The notes below the pieces were generated by a model, which saw only the letters and a program-made list of their open reading frames with translations, was not told where the DNA came from and made no database searches. Below, one piece after another: positions 35,465 to 44,417 of a stretch of DNA of 64,000 bases (positions within the stretch are counted from its first letter, which is position 1; each line of letters opens with the position of its first letter). The DNA comes from Verrucomicrobiales bacterium (GTDB lineage: Bacteria; Verrucomicrobiota; Verrucomicrobiia; Limisphaerales; CANJXF01). The stretch lies in the NCBI GenBank assembly GCA_947478865.1, contig CANJXF010000009.1, positions 33,463 through 97,462 on the forward strand. Reading direction: 5' to 3'. The position numbers and the translations under genes were made by a program.

Positions 35465-37351
35465 ATGAAAATGACCTGTGTCCGTTTCTTTTCCTCGATC
35501 GTTTCCGGGACTTTTCTTTTTGCGGCAATCCTCGCGCGGGCTGAGGATTTGCCGCAAAAAACGTTGTTCGTTCCGAAAAACGCCACCGCCGCCGCCTACG
35601 TTCTTGGACGTCTTTCCAACAAAGAGCTGATTGCTGCGCCGCGTGGTGAATTCGTCTATGTTGCGCTTTTGCAGCGAGCCGGGATGGATTCAAAATATCG
35701 CGTCGAAGCAATTCAAGGTTTGGCGAAACTGCGCGGGACCGATTCGCTCTCCGAATTGATTGTTGCCCTCGGTGAACTCGACAAAAAAGCCGAGGAATCC
35801 AACCCAAGCCTCCGCGATCTCGCCGCGATTTTGCTGGGTTTCAAGGCGGATGAGCTGACTGCGAAGCGGCCCACTTTGGAGAAAACAGCGAAGGAATCGC
35901 GCTTGTCGATTACGCGCCAGATTGGTTTCGCGGCGCTGGTCACTGCTGACGGCGGAAACGAAGCGGTTTGGAAATCGGCAGAAACCAGCGGGGCTCAACT
36001 CGCCGACCTTCTTCGCTGCGCCGTTCTGATCCGCAACTCTGTTTTGCGCGCCGCATTCTATTCAAAAACGGAACCTTTGGTTCACCACGCGGATTCTCCC
36101 GACGTGCAACGAGCTGCGATTGCGGCGATCTCGATTATCCCTGGGCATGAGGCTGAAACCTTTTCCATGCTGTCTGGATTGGTGAAAGCGGGCACCGAGC
36201 GTCCCGCCGCCGTTGCCGGACTTCAAACTATTCCTCGAAAATTTTGGCCAAAAGGTGAGGCTGAATCCTTGGTAACTGGTTTGATCGTCTATCTGAAGGG
36301 GTTACCGGTAGACCAGCGCACTGACACAGACTTTGTTAGCGCTTTTCAGTTGGCGATGGATCTCGCGGCGTTGCTCCCGGGAGAGAAAGGTGGAGCATTG
36401 GCCAAGGAATTGCGCGCCCTCGGAGTTAGTGTTTTTTCTATTCGCACAATTCCCGAGCAAATGCTCTACGACCGAACCCTGATTGTTGTCGAAGCGGGCA
36501 AGCCGGCAGAAATCATTCTGATCAACGAAGACGCGATGCCTCATAATCTTGTGATCGTGACACCCGGCGCCTTGGAAGAAATTGGCCAAGCCGCCGAGAA
36601 AATGCCGCCTGAACCCGACGCCCAAGGTCGGCATTACATTCCTCCGTCGACCAAGGTTCTTTTCGCGACGAAATTGGTGGAGCCGGGCCAGCAAGTTAAA
36701 CTCAGCTTCACCGCACCCGAGCAGCCGGGCGACTATCCGTACGTTTGCACCTTTCCAGGTCATTGGCGAAGAATGGTCGGAACTCTAGCGGTGGTGAAAG
36801 ACGTCGAAGCCTATCTGGCGACCCGTGGCCAAACGGCAGAACCCAAAGTGACCGAGTGGAAAGTGGATGATTTAGCTTCGGATTTGACCAAGGTAAGTGC
36901 GGGTCGGGACCTGGCGCACGGCAAAGAACTATTCACGCGGCTCGCTTGCGCCGGATGCCATAAACTTGGGAAAGAAGGGATCAATTACGGCCCCGACCTC
37001 AGCGACGTTTTGGTTCGCTTTAAAAATGATCGCACGGATGTTTTGCGCCAAATCATTGAGCCATCGTTGGTCATCAGCAATCGTTACCGCAACGTGCAGA
37101 TGAACTTGAAAGATGGTGAGTCAGTCAGCGGGATGGTTCTCAAAGAAGATGCAACCAATGTGACGCTACAGACCGGGCCATCGGATGCTTTGATTCAAAC
37201 TGTGGCTCTGAGCGAAATTCGTGATCGCCAAGCGCAGAACTCTTCACCCATGCCGATGGGTTTGCTGAACACGTTGTCGAAAGAAGAAATCCTCGATTTG
37301 ATGGCGTGGCTTGAGGCCGGTGCTACTCCTTCGCACGAGCACAAACATTAA
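35465..37351 (+). CDS. Secreted HEAT-repeat + azurin-like cupredoxin + PVC-type cytochrome c (CxxCH) domain protein
   Basis: Cupredoxin ligand pattern MPHNLVI ... YPYVCTFPGHWRRM (His...Cys-x2-Pro-Gly-His-x3-Met, azurin type). Heme site LACAGCHKLG followed by ...NRYRNVQMNLKDGESVSGMVLKEDATNVTLQ...SPMPMGLLNTLSKEEILDLMAWL, typical of the Pirellula/Verrucomicrobium heme-binding domain. Confidence 0.85.
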   Translation: MKMTCVRFFSSIVSGTFLFAAILARAEDLPQKTLFVPKNATAAAYVLGRLSNKELIAAPRGEFVYVALLQRAGMDSKYRVEAIQGLAKLRGTDSLSELIVALGELDKKAEESNPSLRDLAAILLGFKADELTAKRPTLEKTAKESRLSITRQIGFAALVTADGGNEAVWKSAETSGAQLADLLRCAVLIRNSVLRAAFYSKTEPLVHHADSPDVQRAAIAAISIIPGHEAETFSMLSGLVKAGTERPAAVAGLQTIPRKFWPKGEAESLVTGLIVYLKGLPVDQRTDTDFVSAFQLAMDLAALLPGEKGGALAKELRALGVSVFSIRTIPEQMLYDRTLIVVEAGKPAEIILINEDAMPHNLVIVTPGALEEIGQAAEKMPPEPDAQGRHYIPPSTKVLFATKLVEPGQQVKLSFTAPEQPGDYPYVCTFPGHWRRMVGTLAVVKDVEAYLATRGQTAEPKVTEWKVDDLASDLTKVSAGRDLAHGKELFTRLACAGCHKLGKEGINYGPDLSDVLVRFKNDRTDVLRQIIEPSLVISNRYRNVQMNLKDGESVSGMVLKEDATNVTLQTGPSDALIQTVALSEIRDRQAQNSSPMPMGLLNTLSKEEILDLMAWLEAGATPSHEHKH

Positions 37352-37380
37352 CTCCGCGTTGGCTGGTTGCCCCTTTGCTG

Positions 37381-38778
37381 CTATTTCAGGAAAACGCCCG
37401 CAATGGCCGCATTGAGCAAGGTTGCAATGAATCCCACGAACAAAGCCCGCAGGCCAAGCCGGGCAAGATCGTGTCGCCGCTCCGGGGCGATCGCGCCGAT
37501 CCCTCCCAGTTGAATTCCTACCGAGGCAAAATTTGCGAAACCGGTCAGCGCAAAAGCCGCCAACACGTAAGACCGTGGAGTCATGAATTCTGGCGTGGCT
37601 TTCCAGCCTTTCATCACGAGATAAGCGTAGTGTTCGTTGATGGCGAGTTTTGACCCAAGGAGGCTTGCAACCTTGGAGACGTCCGCCGGTTCAATGCCGA
37701 TGAGAAAAGAGGCGGGCGCAAAGGCCCAGCTGAAAACTTTCGACAATGAAAGGTCTTTCACAGCCGCGCCGAGAATTGCATCGAGCATCGCCACGAACGC
37801 GATGAAAACAATCAGCATCGCTGCGACATTCAGCGCGAGCTTCAATCCGTCGGTTGCGCCGGCTGCTGCAGCGTCGATTCCATTGACGTAAGGCGACTTT
37901 TCATTTTGTGTGCGCACCGTTCCGGCGGTTTCAGGGCGTCCCAATTCGGGCATGAATAATTTGGAAAGATAAAGACTGCATGGACACGCCATGATGCACG
38001 TCGTCAGAACGGCGACCGGATCAGCGCCGTAATTGATGTAAACGACCATCATTCCGCCGGAAATATGGGCCATGCCGCTGGCCATCAGGACGAATAACTC
38101 GGAATTCGTCATGCGCGGCACGTAGGGTTTCACGATCAGAGGCGCTTCGGTTTGGCCCATGAAAACATTGGCGGACACGGAGAGCGTCTCGGCACCACTG
38201 GTTCCCATGAGATGCACCATGACCCGCGCCATGAGGCGAACGATTCTTTGCAAGATTCGATAATGATAGAGGACTGTGAAAAATGCGGAGACGAAAAGAA
38301 TGGGCGGCAACGCTTTGAACGCAAAAATAAACAGGAATTCTTTGCCGGGATTGAGCGCAATATCGCCGGGTCGGGCAAGATTGCCGAAAACAAATTCCGC
38401 GCCTTTATCCGAAAAGCTGATGAAGTTGACCACAACTACTTTCGCCGCCTCAAACGCTTGGTGGACGATTGGCACTTTGAGCACGAGAACCGCGAGCGCA
38501 ATTTGCAGTGCGATGCCCCATCCGATTGTTCTCCAATTCACCGCGCGAAGATTGGTCGAAAACATGGCGACCAATCCAAAAAAACAAAAAATACCGGCGA
38601 ACGCCTGGCCGCGCACACCAATGCTTTCTCGCAATGCGAACGCACCAGAAGCAATGAGAACGATGGCCAAACCAATGCCTGCCCGCCAAACCAATGGCGT
38701 GGGCGGCTGGGGGGCTTCTATTGCTGCCGAGGTAGATCGAACTTCAGAAATGGATGGCGCCGGTTCAGATGCCTGCAT
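37381..38778 (-). CDS. NupC/CNT-family concentrative nucleoside transporter
   Basis: Polytopic membrane protein carrying ...LMGTSGAETLSVSANVFMGQTEAPLIVKPY...MTNSELFVLMASGMAHISGG..., the conserved CNT core. Confidence 0.88.
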   Translation of the reverse strand: MQASEPAPSISEVRSTSAAIEAPQPPTPLVWRAGIGLAIVLIASGAFALRESIGVRGQAFAGIFCFFGLVAMFSTNLRAVNWRTIGWGIALQIALAVLVLKVPIVHQAFEAAKVVVVNFISFSDKGAEFVFGNLARPGDIALNPGKEFLFIFAFKALPPILFVSAFFTVLYHYRILQRIVRLMARVMVHLMGTSGAETLSVSANVFMGQTEAPLIVKPYVPRMTNSELFVLMASGMAHISGGMMVVYINYGADPVAVLTTCIMACPCSLYLSKLFMPELGRPETAGTVRTQNEKSPYVNGIDAAAAGATDGLKLALNVAAMLIVFIAFVAMLDAILGAAVKDLSLSKVFSWAFAPASFLIGIEPADVSKVASLLGSKLAINEHYAYLVMKGWKATPEFMTPRSYVLAAFALTGFANFASVGIQLGGIGAIAPERRHDLARLGLRALFVGFIATLLNAAIAGVFLK

Positions 38779-38861
38779 GATCGAGGAACTTAGACTGGAA
38801 TCCAGCCGTGAGTCGAGCGCCGAGCATTGGAATCAGACAAAAAAAGAAGTTTAGAAAAAAA

Positions 38862-38938
38862 TGGAGCGAGCGAAGGGATTCGAACCCTCGACGTTCACCT
38901 TGGCAAGGTGATGCTCTACCAGACTGAGCTACGCTCGC
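38862..38938 (-). tRNA. tRNA-Gly (anticodon GCC), CCA encoded
   Basis: Reverse complement: GCGAGCG TA GCTC AGTCTGGTA GAGC A TCACC TTGCCAA GGTGA ACGTC GAGGG TTCGAAT CCCTT CGCTCGC T CCA. Folds as a full cloverleaf with anticodon loop TTGCCAA. Confidence 0.9.
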
Positions 38939-39002
38939 TTCCGAAAGCGAACGAAAAATTACGGGAAACGTTCCCGATTGCAAGTTCTCTTTTTCCCGGA
39001 AA

Positions 39003-39437
39003 TTAGTTGCCAAGGATATTGTTCGGAAGCTCGTTGGTATCGCCGGGGCTCTGGGGAAAATGTTTTGCCAGTGCCGCCCCTGCTTTCTGAACTGCGTGGA
39101 CGATTCCGTCGCTAAACCGTCCTTGCTTGAACAAAGCGGCCATTGCCGCACTGATTTCACTCCAGAAATCCTGCCCGCACTTTTCGTGAATTCCTATGTC
39201 CCCGACGACAGCAAATTTTTGGCTCGCCGGCGCGACGTAAATTAAGACGCCGTTGCGCGCCCGTGTTTTTGTCATGCCCAGTTTCTCAAACCGGTTTTTC
39301 GCAGCGGTCAATGCGTCATCACGCCTCTTTCCCGAGATGTAAACGCGAATTTCCCCAGAGGTGTTCTTCTCGGCCTCTGCAATCGAGGCGACAATGTTGC
39401 CCTCATCAATTTTGCTGATAAAAGTTTTTGGTTTCAT
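39003..39437 (-). CDS. TPM-domain protein (TLP18.3/Psb32/MOLO-1 phosphatase fold), cytoplasmic-type partner
   Basis: MKPKTFISKIDEGNIVASIAEAEKNTSGEIRVYIS...NGVLIYVAPASQKFAVVGDIGIH. Start moved to the Met at 39437, 1 nt downstream of the upstream gene's stop. Confidence 0.8.
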   Translation of the reverse strand: MKPKTFISKIDEGNIVASIAEAEKNTSGEIRVYISGKRRDDALTAAKNRFEKLGMTKTRARNGVLIYVAPASQKFAVVGDIGIHEKCGQDFWSEISAAMAALFKQGRFSDGIVHAVQKAGAALAKHFPQSPGDTNELPNNILGN

Positions 39438-39438
39438 A

Positions 39439-40221
39439 TCACCAGCTTCCGCTTGCGCCGCCGCCTCCCGAGCTGCCTCCACCCCCGGAAAAACTTCCTC
39501 CTCCGCTCCAACCTGATGAACCAGAGGATCCTCCCCAGCCTCCGCTTGACCAACTGCCGAAATTCGATCCCCCACGGCCGTAAACTCGGCCACGGCGCCC
39601 AAAGGATCTCAGAATTAAAGATAAAAAGACAAAGCCAACGAAAAACCAAAAGACAATGATGACGCTGTTGATTGTCCCGCCATTTTCATCGCGAACGGTT
39701 CGGCCGCTGCCTTTGTATTCGCCCTTGGTTGCCTGCAAGATGGCGGTTATTCCCGCCTCCAGGCCGCCGTCGAAGTCGCCTCGCTGGAAATGCGGCTTTA
39801 TTTCTCCATCGATGATTTGTTTGCACGTTGCATCGGGGAGAACTCCTTCCAATCCATATCCGGTCTGGATCCGCATCTTTCGGTCTTCGACAAACACCAG
39901 CAGTAATGTGCCGTTATTGGCGCCCTTTCTTCCTATGCCCCAGGATTGATAAATCCGCTGCGCATAATCCTCCAGCGACGAGTCGCTCTGCATTTTTCGG
40001 AAAACCGCCACGACAATTTGGCTGGAGGTTTCCCGCTCAAAGTCTTGGAGCAACGAGTTTAATCGAGTCACCGTGACTGGTGAAATCTTTCCCGTGTAAT
40101 CATTGAAATGATTCTCCGGCTTCGGTGGCATCACTTCTGCAGCGCGAACGATCGTCGCGATAAGGAAGATTCCAAGCAGAGCCGAAAGGAATCTGCTGGA
40201 AATTCTGGTGATCCAAAACAT
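39439..40221 (-). CDS. TPM-domain protein, YgcG-like (signal/anchor, TPM domain, TM helix, Gly/Ser-rich tail)
   Basis: FNDYTGKISPVTVTRLNSLLQDFERETSSQIVVAVF...NGTLLLVFVEDRKMRIQTGYGLEG, a TM segment (VIIVFWFFVGFVFLSLIL), and a tail GGSSGSSGWSGGGSFSGGGGSSGGGGASGSW. Confidence 0.85.
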   Translation of the reverse strand: MFWITRISSRFLSALLGIFLIATIVRAAEVMPPKPENHFNDYTGKISPVTVTRLNSLLQDFERETSSQIVVAVFRKMQSDSSLEDYAQRIYQSWGIGRKGANNGTLLLVFVEDRKMRIQTGYGLEGVLPDATCKQIIDGEIKPHFQRGDFDGGLEAGITAILQATKGEYKGSGRTVRDENGGTINSVIIVFWFFVGFVFLSLILRSFGRRGRVYGRGGSNFGSWSSGGWGGSSGSSGWSGGGSFSGGGGSSGGGGASGSW

Positions 40222-40223
40222 GG

Positions 40224-40859
40224 TTACGGTTTGGCGGGAGCCGCGGCTGGTTTTCCGAAGTCGAAATTAACCTTCGGCGCTGTTTCAGATCCGGCCTGCG
40301 CCTGAAAATATGGTTTCGGATGGAAGCCAAACAGTCGCGCGAAAATCAGGCCAGGGAAACGTTGCGCGACCACATTGTATTCCTGGACCGCTCCATTGAA
40401 ATTTCGCCGCTCGACGCTGATCCGGTTTTCCGTTCCCTCAAGCTGCGCCTGCAACGTGCTGAAATTTTGAGTGGCTCGCAATTCAGGATAGCGTTCCGCC
40501 ACCAGCAGCAACCTTGATAGGGCACCGGAAAGTTGGTCCTGTGCCTGTTGAAATTTCCGCAGTTGCTCTGGGTCTTCGGGCGCTTTGCTCGGGTCGATTT
40601 TCACCTGGCCAACCGATGCTCTGGCCTGGGTAATGTCGGTGAGTGTGGATTTTTCAAAGTTCGCTGCGCCGGCAACGGTGTTCACGAGGTTTGGAATTAA
40701 ATCGGCGCGCCTCTGGTAAACGTTTTGCACATCAGCCCATTTGGCGTCCACGTTTTGGGAAAGGCCAACGAGGCGATTGTAGGTGCCGCATCCGCTCATC
40801 GAGAGAAAAATGAGCAGGAGAATTAAAATTCCACCGCAGCCGAGTGCATATTTTTTCAT
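40224..40859 (-). CDS. lemA: LemA family protein
   Basis: Lipobox/anchor (LSMSGCGTYN), then YNRLVGLSQNVDAKWADVQNVYQRRADLIPNLVNTV...ERYPELRATQNF..LQAQLEGTENRISVERRNFN. Start at the internal Met (40859). Confidence 0.9.
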   Translation of the reverse strand: MKKYALGCGGILILLLIFLSMSGCGTYNRLVGLSQNVDAKWADVQNVYQRRADLIPNLVNTVAGAANFEKSTLTDITQARASVGQVKIDPSKAPEDPEQLRKFQQAQDQLSGALSRLLLVAERYPELRATQNFSTLQAQLEGTENRISVERRNFNGAVQEYNVVAQRFPGLIFARLFGFHPKPYFQAQAGSETAPKVNFDFGKPAAAPAKP

Positions 40860-40976
40860 GATGGGAAACCGGATTGAATTCGTTTGCAAGCTACGCCCGC
40901 ACGTTCTTCCGCGCAAACTTCAATTGTCCACATCACAGGTGACAGCGCTGGAACGAATCGCTAGGCTCGCGATGCC

Positions 40977-41996
40977 ATGCAAAAGAAAGTCACGATCTTT
41001 GTTCTCCTCGCCATGGTCGCACTCGCGGCCGTTGTCGTTGTGCAATCCAAACGCGCCGCCAGCACCAAGGCTGAACTCGCAGCGGCGCAGGAACAATCGG
41101 AAGCCGTCGCCAACGCGGCCCAAAGCCAGAAGGAAACCATTGAACAGCTCGAGCGGCAAAAGAAAGCCATGGCCCAGCAACTGCGCGACATCACAGCCCA
41201 GCAACAGGCGGAAAAAGCGGGGTTGGCAAATCAGGCCAGGGAACAAGCCAATGCGGCACGGTCGGAATCCGCCACCCGCTCAGGAGAGCAGGGGGAATTG
41301 AAGGGTGGATTCCTGGCGAAAATGCTCCAGGACCCGGCCATGAAGAAGATGATTGCCGAACAGCAAAAGGCAATGGTTGGCATGATGTACGGTCCGTTGT
41401 TGAAGGATTTGAAGCTCACGCCTGAGGAAACTGAAAAGTTCAATGCGCTGCTGCTCGATAACCAGATGAACGCCGCAAATAAAGGGATGTCGATCCTGCA
41501 AGAGGGCGCGGATAAAACGGCCATTGGCAAAGAGCTGGCCGAGGACAAGAAGCAGTTTGACGCGCAGATGAAGGAGTTCCTCGGCGACGATCGATATGCG
41601 CAATACGAAGATTTTACGAAAAGCATTCCCGACCGCATGACGTTGACGCAGTTGAAATCGCAATTCGGCGATAATCCGCTCAATGAACAGCAAAGCTCGC
41701 AACTGCTCACGTTGATGAAAGAGGAACGGCAACGCTCCAACCCCACTTCAGGCGAGAATCCGTTTGGCTCGTCTGACTTCAACCGAGCGCTTTCTGAAGA
41801 CGCCATGAACAAATACTTCGCTCAGCAAGAGCAGGCAAATCAGCGGGTTATCGAACGCGCGGCGGGCGTGCTTTCTCCCGAACAAGTCGAAGTGCTTGGC
41901 CGCTCTCTCACCAACAATTTATCCATGCAGCGCGCGGGAATGAACATGGCCAGGGCGATGATGGGCAGAGATAGTTCTGCCGCCCCGCCGAAATAA
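40977..41996 (+). CDS. Membrane-anchored coiled-coil protein with LTxxQ-like repeats (Spy/CpxP/ZraP-like periplasmic chaperone candidate)
   Basis: N-terminal TM helix, a Q/A/E-rich coiled coil, then repeated motifs: LTPEETEKFNALLLD, MTLTQLKSQF, LNEQQSSQLLTLMKEE, LSPEQVEVLGRSL. Confidence 0.55.
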   Translation: MQKKVTIFVLLAMVALAAVVVVQSKRAASTKAELAAAQEQSEAVANAAQSQKETIEQLERQKKAMAQQLRDITAQQQAEKAGLANQAREQANAARSESATRSGEQGELKGGFLAKMLQDPAMKKMIAEQQKAMVGMMYGPLLKDLKLTPEETEKFNALLLDNQMNAANKGMSILQEGADKTAIGKELAEDKKQFDAQMKEFLGDDRYAQYEDFTKSIPDRMTLTQLKSQFGDNPLNEQQSSQLLTLMKEERQRSNPTSGENPFGSSDFNRALSEDAMNKYFAQQEQANQRVIERAAGVLSPEQVEVLGRSLTNNLSMQRAGMNMARAMMGRDSSAAPPK

Positions 41997-42054
41997 GTTT
42001 TGCGCCAGCCCCTTTCGCCTACATTGTCCTGATAACAATTGCTGCCGATTTTTT

Positions 42055-42468
42055 ATGAAGAAACTCAAGCTCACCGTCACTTTATTCGCTCTGCTTTTCA
42101 ACGCTTCATCTGGATGGAGCACTGAGGAATCTTCCGCCGCGCCGGCGACGCTGGTGAAACGCATCGATGTCGAGCAATACGATAAGTTGCGCGCCAACAC
42201 CAACAACGTCTTGCTCGATGTGCGAAGTGTGGCGGAGTTCGAGAAGGGGCGCATTCCACACGCCGTCAACATTGATATTAACTCGAGCCAGTTTGCGGAA
42301 AAAGTGGCGGCGCTCGATACGAATAAAACCTACCTCGTGAATTGTGCCGTTGGGATGCGCAGCGCCCGCGCGTGCAAGAAAATGGAAACGATGGGCTTCA
42401 AAAAACTCTACGATCTCGCTCCAGGATTCGACGGCTGGAAAAAAGCGGGCAAGCCGGTTGAAAAATAA
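42055..42468 (+). CDS. Secreted single-domain rhodanese (sulfurtransferase-like)
   Basis: VLLDVRSVAEFEKGRIPHAVNI and the active-site loop YLVNCAVGMRSARA (Cys-x5-Arg), preceded by a signal peptide. Confidence 0.85.
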   Translation: MKKLKLTVTLFALLFNASSGWSTEESSAAPATLVKRIDVEQYDKLRANTNNVLLDVRSVAEFEKGRIPHAVNIDINSSQFAEKVAALDTNKTYLVNCAVGMRSARACKKMETMGFKKLYDLAPGFDGWKKAGKPVEK

Positions 42469-42561
42469 AACCAACAAGTTGCCAAGTCTGTTTTCCGTCG
42501 GAATTGTTTTTGAGACTCCCTGCGAAACAGGTCGCCGCAATCAGGCGGATCGATTCCTCGC

Positions 42562-43620
42562 TTACTTGATGTCCTGCATCGGACGTTCGAAGATCCAGGC
42601 CAAACCGCGTTCGAGCCGTTCGGGGACGCGATCGCTGTGTTTGCCGGGAGGTTCATAGAAAGCGCATCGCGCTGGACGCTCCCGGAGCACCTCATAAATT
42701 TTGCGTGCGCCCACGTTTGCCTTATAGGAATCGAGCGTTGGTCCTTCGACGTAAATCGCCTGGGTAGGACGGAATGCATCTCGGTTTTTCTGCACCAGGG
42801 TCAGGGGATCGTTCTCCATCCAGCGCTGCCAGATTTTTTCGCGAAAGGAGCCGTCGGCGGTGTAGAGCCATTCGAATTGTCCGCGATGCCACCAACCGCT
42901 CGGCGCATAGGCAGCGGAGAGGCCAAGCGCATATTTCAATGAGCCGTCTTGCGGGGTCGGCCCGCTGTAGGCCGGAGCCGCGATGGATTTCACTTCAGCG
43001 ATGGAAATGTTCGTCACGCCGGGACGTTTCATCAAATGCAAATGGGACAACGCAAAATCCGAATCCGGACTCAACGCCACGACCCCGTCGAAAAGCTTCG
43101 GTCGAAACATCCCCAAACGCAGTGCGCCGAAACCGCCGGAGGAATGTCCCGCGATGATGCGCTTGGTTTTATTGCTCGTGACGCCGTAACGCGATTCCAC
43201 CTGCGCAGCGATTTCGTCGCAGATATAGTCCGCGTAGTTTCCTTGGGCCCGCGAGTTGACGTATTGGCTGCCGCCCCAGCGATTGCGTCCATCGACAACG
43301 ACGAACAAAACGGGTGAGACGTCATCGGCCAGCTTTTGGGTAAAGGCGCTCCACTTTGCCGAATCCTTGATGAACCCCTCCGAGCCGCCGCCGTAACCCG
43401 GTAAATAATAAACGATGGGCAAGGGCGAGTTGCTGACGTATTGCGAGGGAAGGAACACGGCGACCTGCCGCGTATCGGGATCGCGCAGCGGATTGCCTTT
43501 CAAAGCACGGCTGGGGAATTGGAAAACATCCATTCGAGCCTCGGCTTGTGCGGGGCACGGGCGCACGAGAGAAGCCGCCAGAATGCAAATCCAGGCGCTG
43601 ATTCTAAAATTAAATTGCAT
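42562..43620 (-). CDS. Secreted alpha/beta hydrolase, esterase-D/'putative esterase' family
   Basis: Signal peptide MQFNFRISAWICILAASLVRPCPAQA, IVYYLPGYGGG, and the nucleophile elbow IIAGHSSGGFGAL. Start moved to the Met at 43620. Confidence 0.75.
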   Translation of the reverse strand: MQFNFRISAWICILAASLVRPCPAQAEARMDVFQFPSRALKGNPLRDPDTRQVAVFLPSQYVSNSPLPIVYYLPGYGGGSEGFIKDSAKWSAFTQKLADDVSPVLFVVVDGRNRWGGSQYVNSRAQGNYADYICDEIAAQVESRYGVTSNKTKRIIAGHSSGGFGALRLGMFRPKLFDGVVALSPDSDFALSHLHLMKRPGVTNISIAEVKSIAAPAYSGPTPQDGSLKYALGLSAAYAPSGWWHRGQFEWLYTADGSFREKIWQRWMENDPLTLVQKNRDAFRPTQAIYVEGPTLDSYKANVGARKIYEVLRERPARCAFYEPPGKHSDRVPERLERGLAWIFERPMQDIK

Positions 43621-43718
43621 GAATGATCTTAGGAGTGAGGATCTTGGAAATGCAGTGGCCAATTTAAAGACTGCTGGCTCATTCAACCATGAGATTCGCC
43701 AGGCTACCCAGCCTGTTT

Positions 43719-44303
43719 TCAATCCACCCGGCTGATGTGCAGATCGTTCTTCACCACTTCACCCGTGGTCGCGTTAACGAACACTTCGCCGAGGTTCGCC
43801 GTATCGCTTGGCTTGCGAAGCTTGGCTGCCCAGAAACGGACTTTCCAAACGGGCTCTGAGGACCAGCGTTCCAGCTTCAATTCCGTGGCGGTGAGGGTCA
43901 GGTTATTGAGCAACGGCTCTTTCTTCGCGATCGAGATTGCTTTGTCGGAATCGATTTTTAATTTGTCCTTGGGAATTTCGGTGTTGCCGGTTGCGAATTC
44001 CAAGATGCGCGCCGGGCGTTTCACGGAAAGTTTTTTGCCGGCACCGAATTTTACTTCCGTCGCTTTCGCGGTGGCATCCGGATCGTAATAAACAATGTAC
44101 CAGACGTTCGGCACGAGGCTGCCGACGGATTTCTCCGAGCGAATTTGCACGACGCGATCTTTGGCGTCCTCGCCAACGTGCCGGTTGCCCTCTTTAACGA
44201 GAGCGAACGCAGTGGCATCAGCCGGAGCGTCGGCTTTGATGGAACCACTGGAAAAGACCACGCCTGCAATCAGGATTATCAGGGATTTAAAATTTAAATT
44301 CAT
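43719..44303 (-). CDS. Secreted protein with two PepSY-like modules
   Basis: Signal peptide MNLNFKSLIILIAGVVFSSGSIKA. Two repeats end in ...VWYIVYYDPDA... and ...VWKVRFWAA...GEVFVNATTGEVVKND (the PepSY-type 'tGevv' ending). Confidence 0.5.
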   Translation of the reverse strand: MNLNFKSLIILIAGVVFSSGSIKADAPADATAFALVKEGNRHVGEDAKDRVVQIRSEKSVGSLVPNVWYIVYYDPDATAKATEVKFGAGKKLSVKRPARILEFATGNTEIPKDKLKIDSDKAISIAKKEPLLNNLTLTATELKLERWSSEPVWKVRFWAAKLRKPSDTANLGEVFVNATTGEVVKNDLHISRVD

Positions 44304-44417
44304 GGAATCAAATTTAAGCATTTTTTGCGTAGATGGCAACCGCGCCTGAAAGAGACTTCGCACGATGAGGGCTGGCCCTCGTTGACACATTCTTTTTGCC
44401 CGCTTAACTTTCGCGCC

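Noticed and set aside
38862-38938. tRNA-Gly (and tRNA-Pro at 57729-57805) as genomic-island integration sites
   Set aside because: There is no integrase, no duplicated tRNA 3' segment, and the flanking genes (NupC, TPM/LemA; ispH, ThuA-fusion) are ordinary chromosomal genes.
38963-38975. GGGAA-acg-TTCCC hairpin as a terminator of the TPM operon, and TCGCCCC-N13-GGGGCGA (18723-18749) after the CheY gene
   Set aside because: The stems are short (5-7 bp), the loops are suboptimal, and the U-tracts are weak or interrupted. Not strong enough to annotate as terminators.
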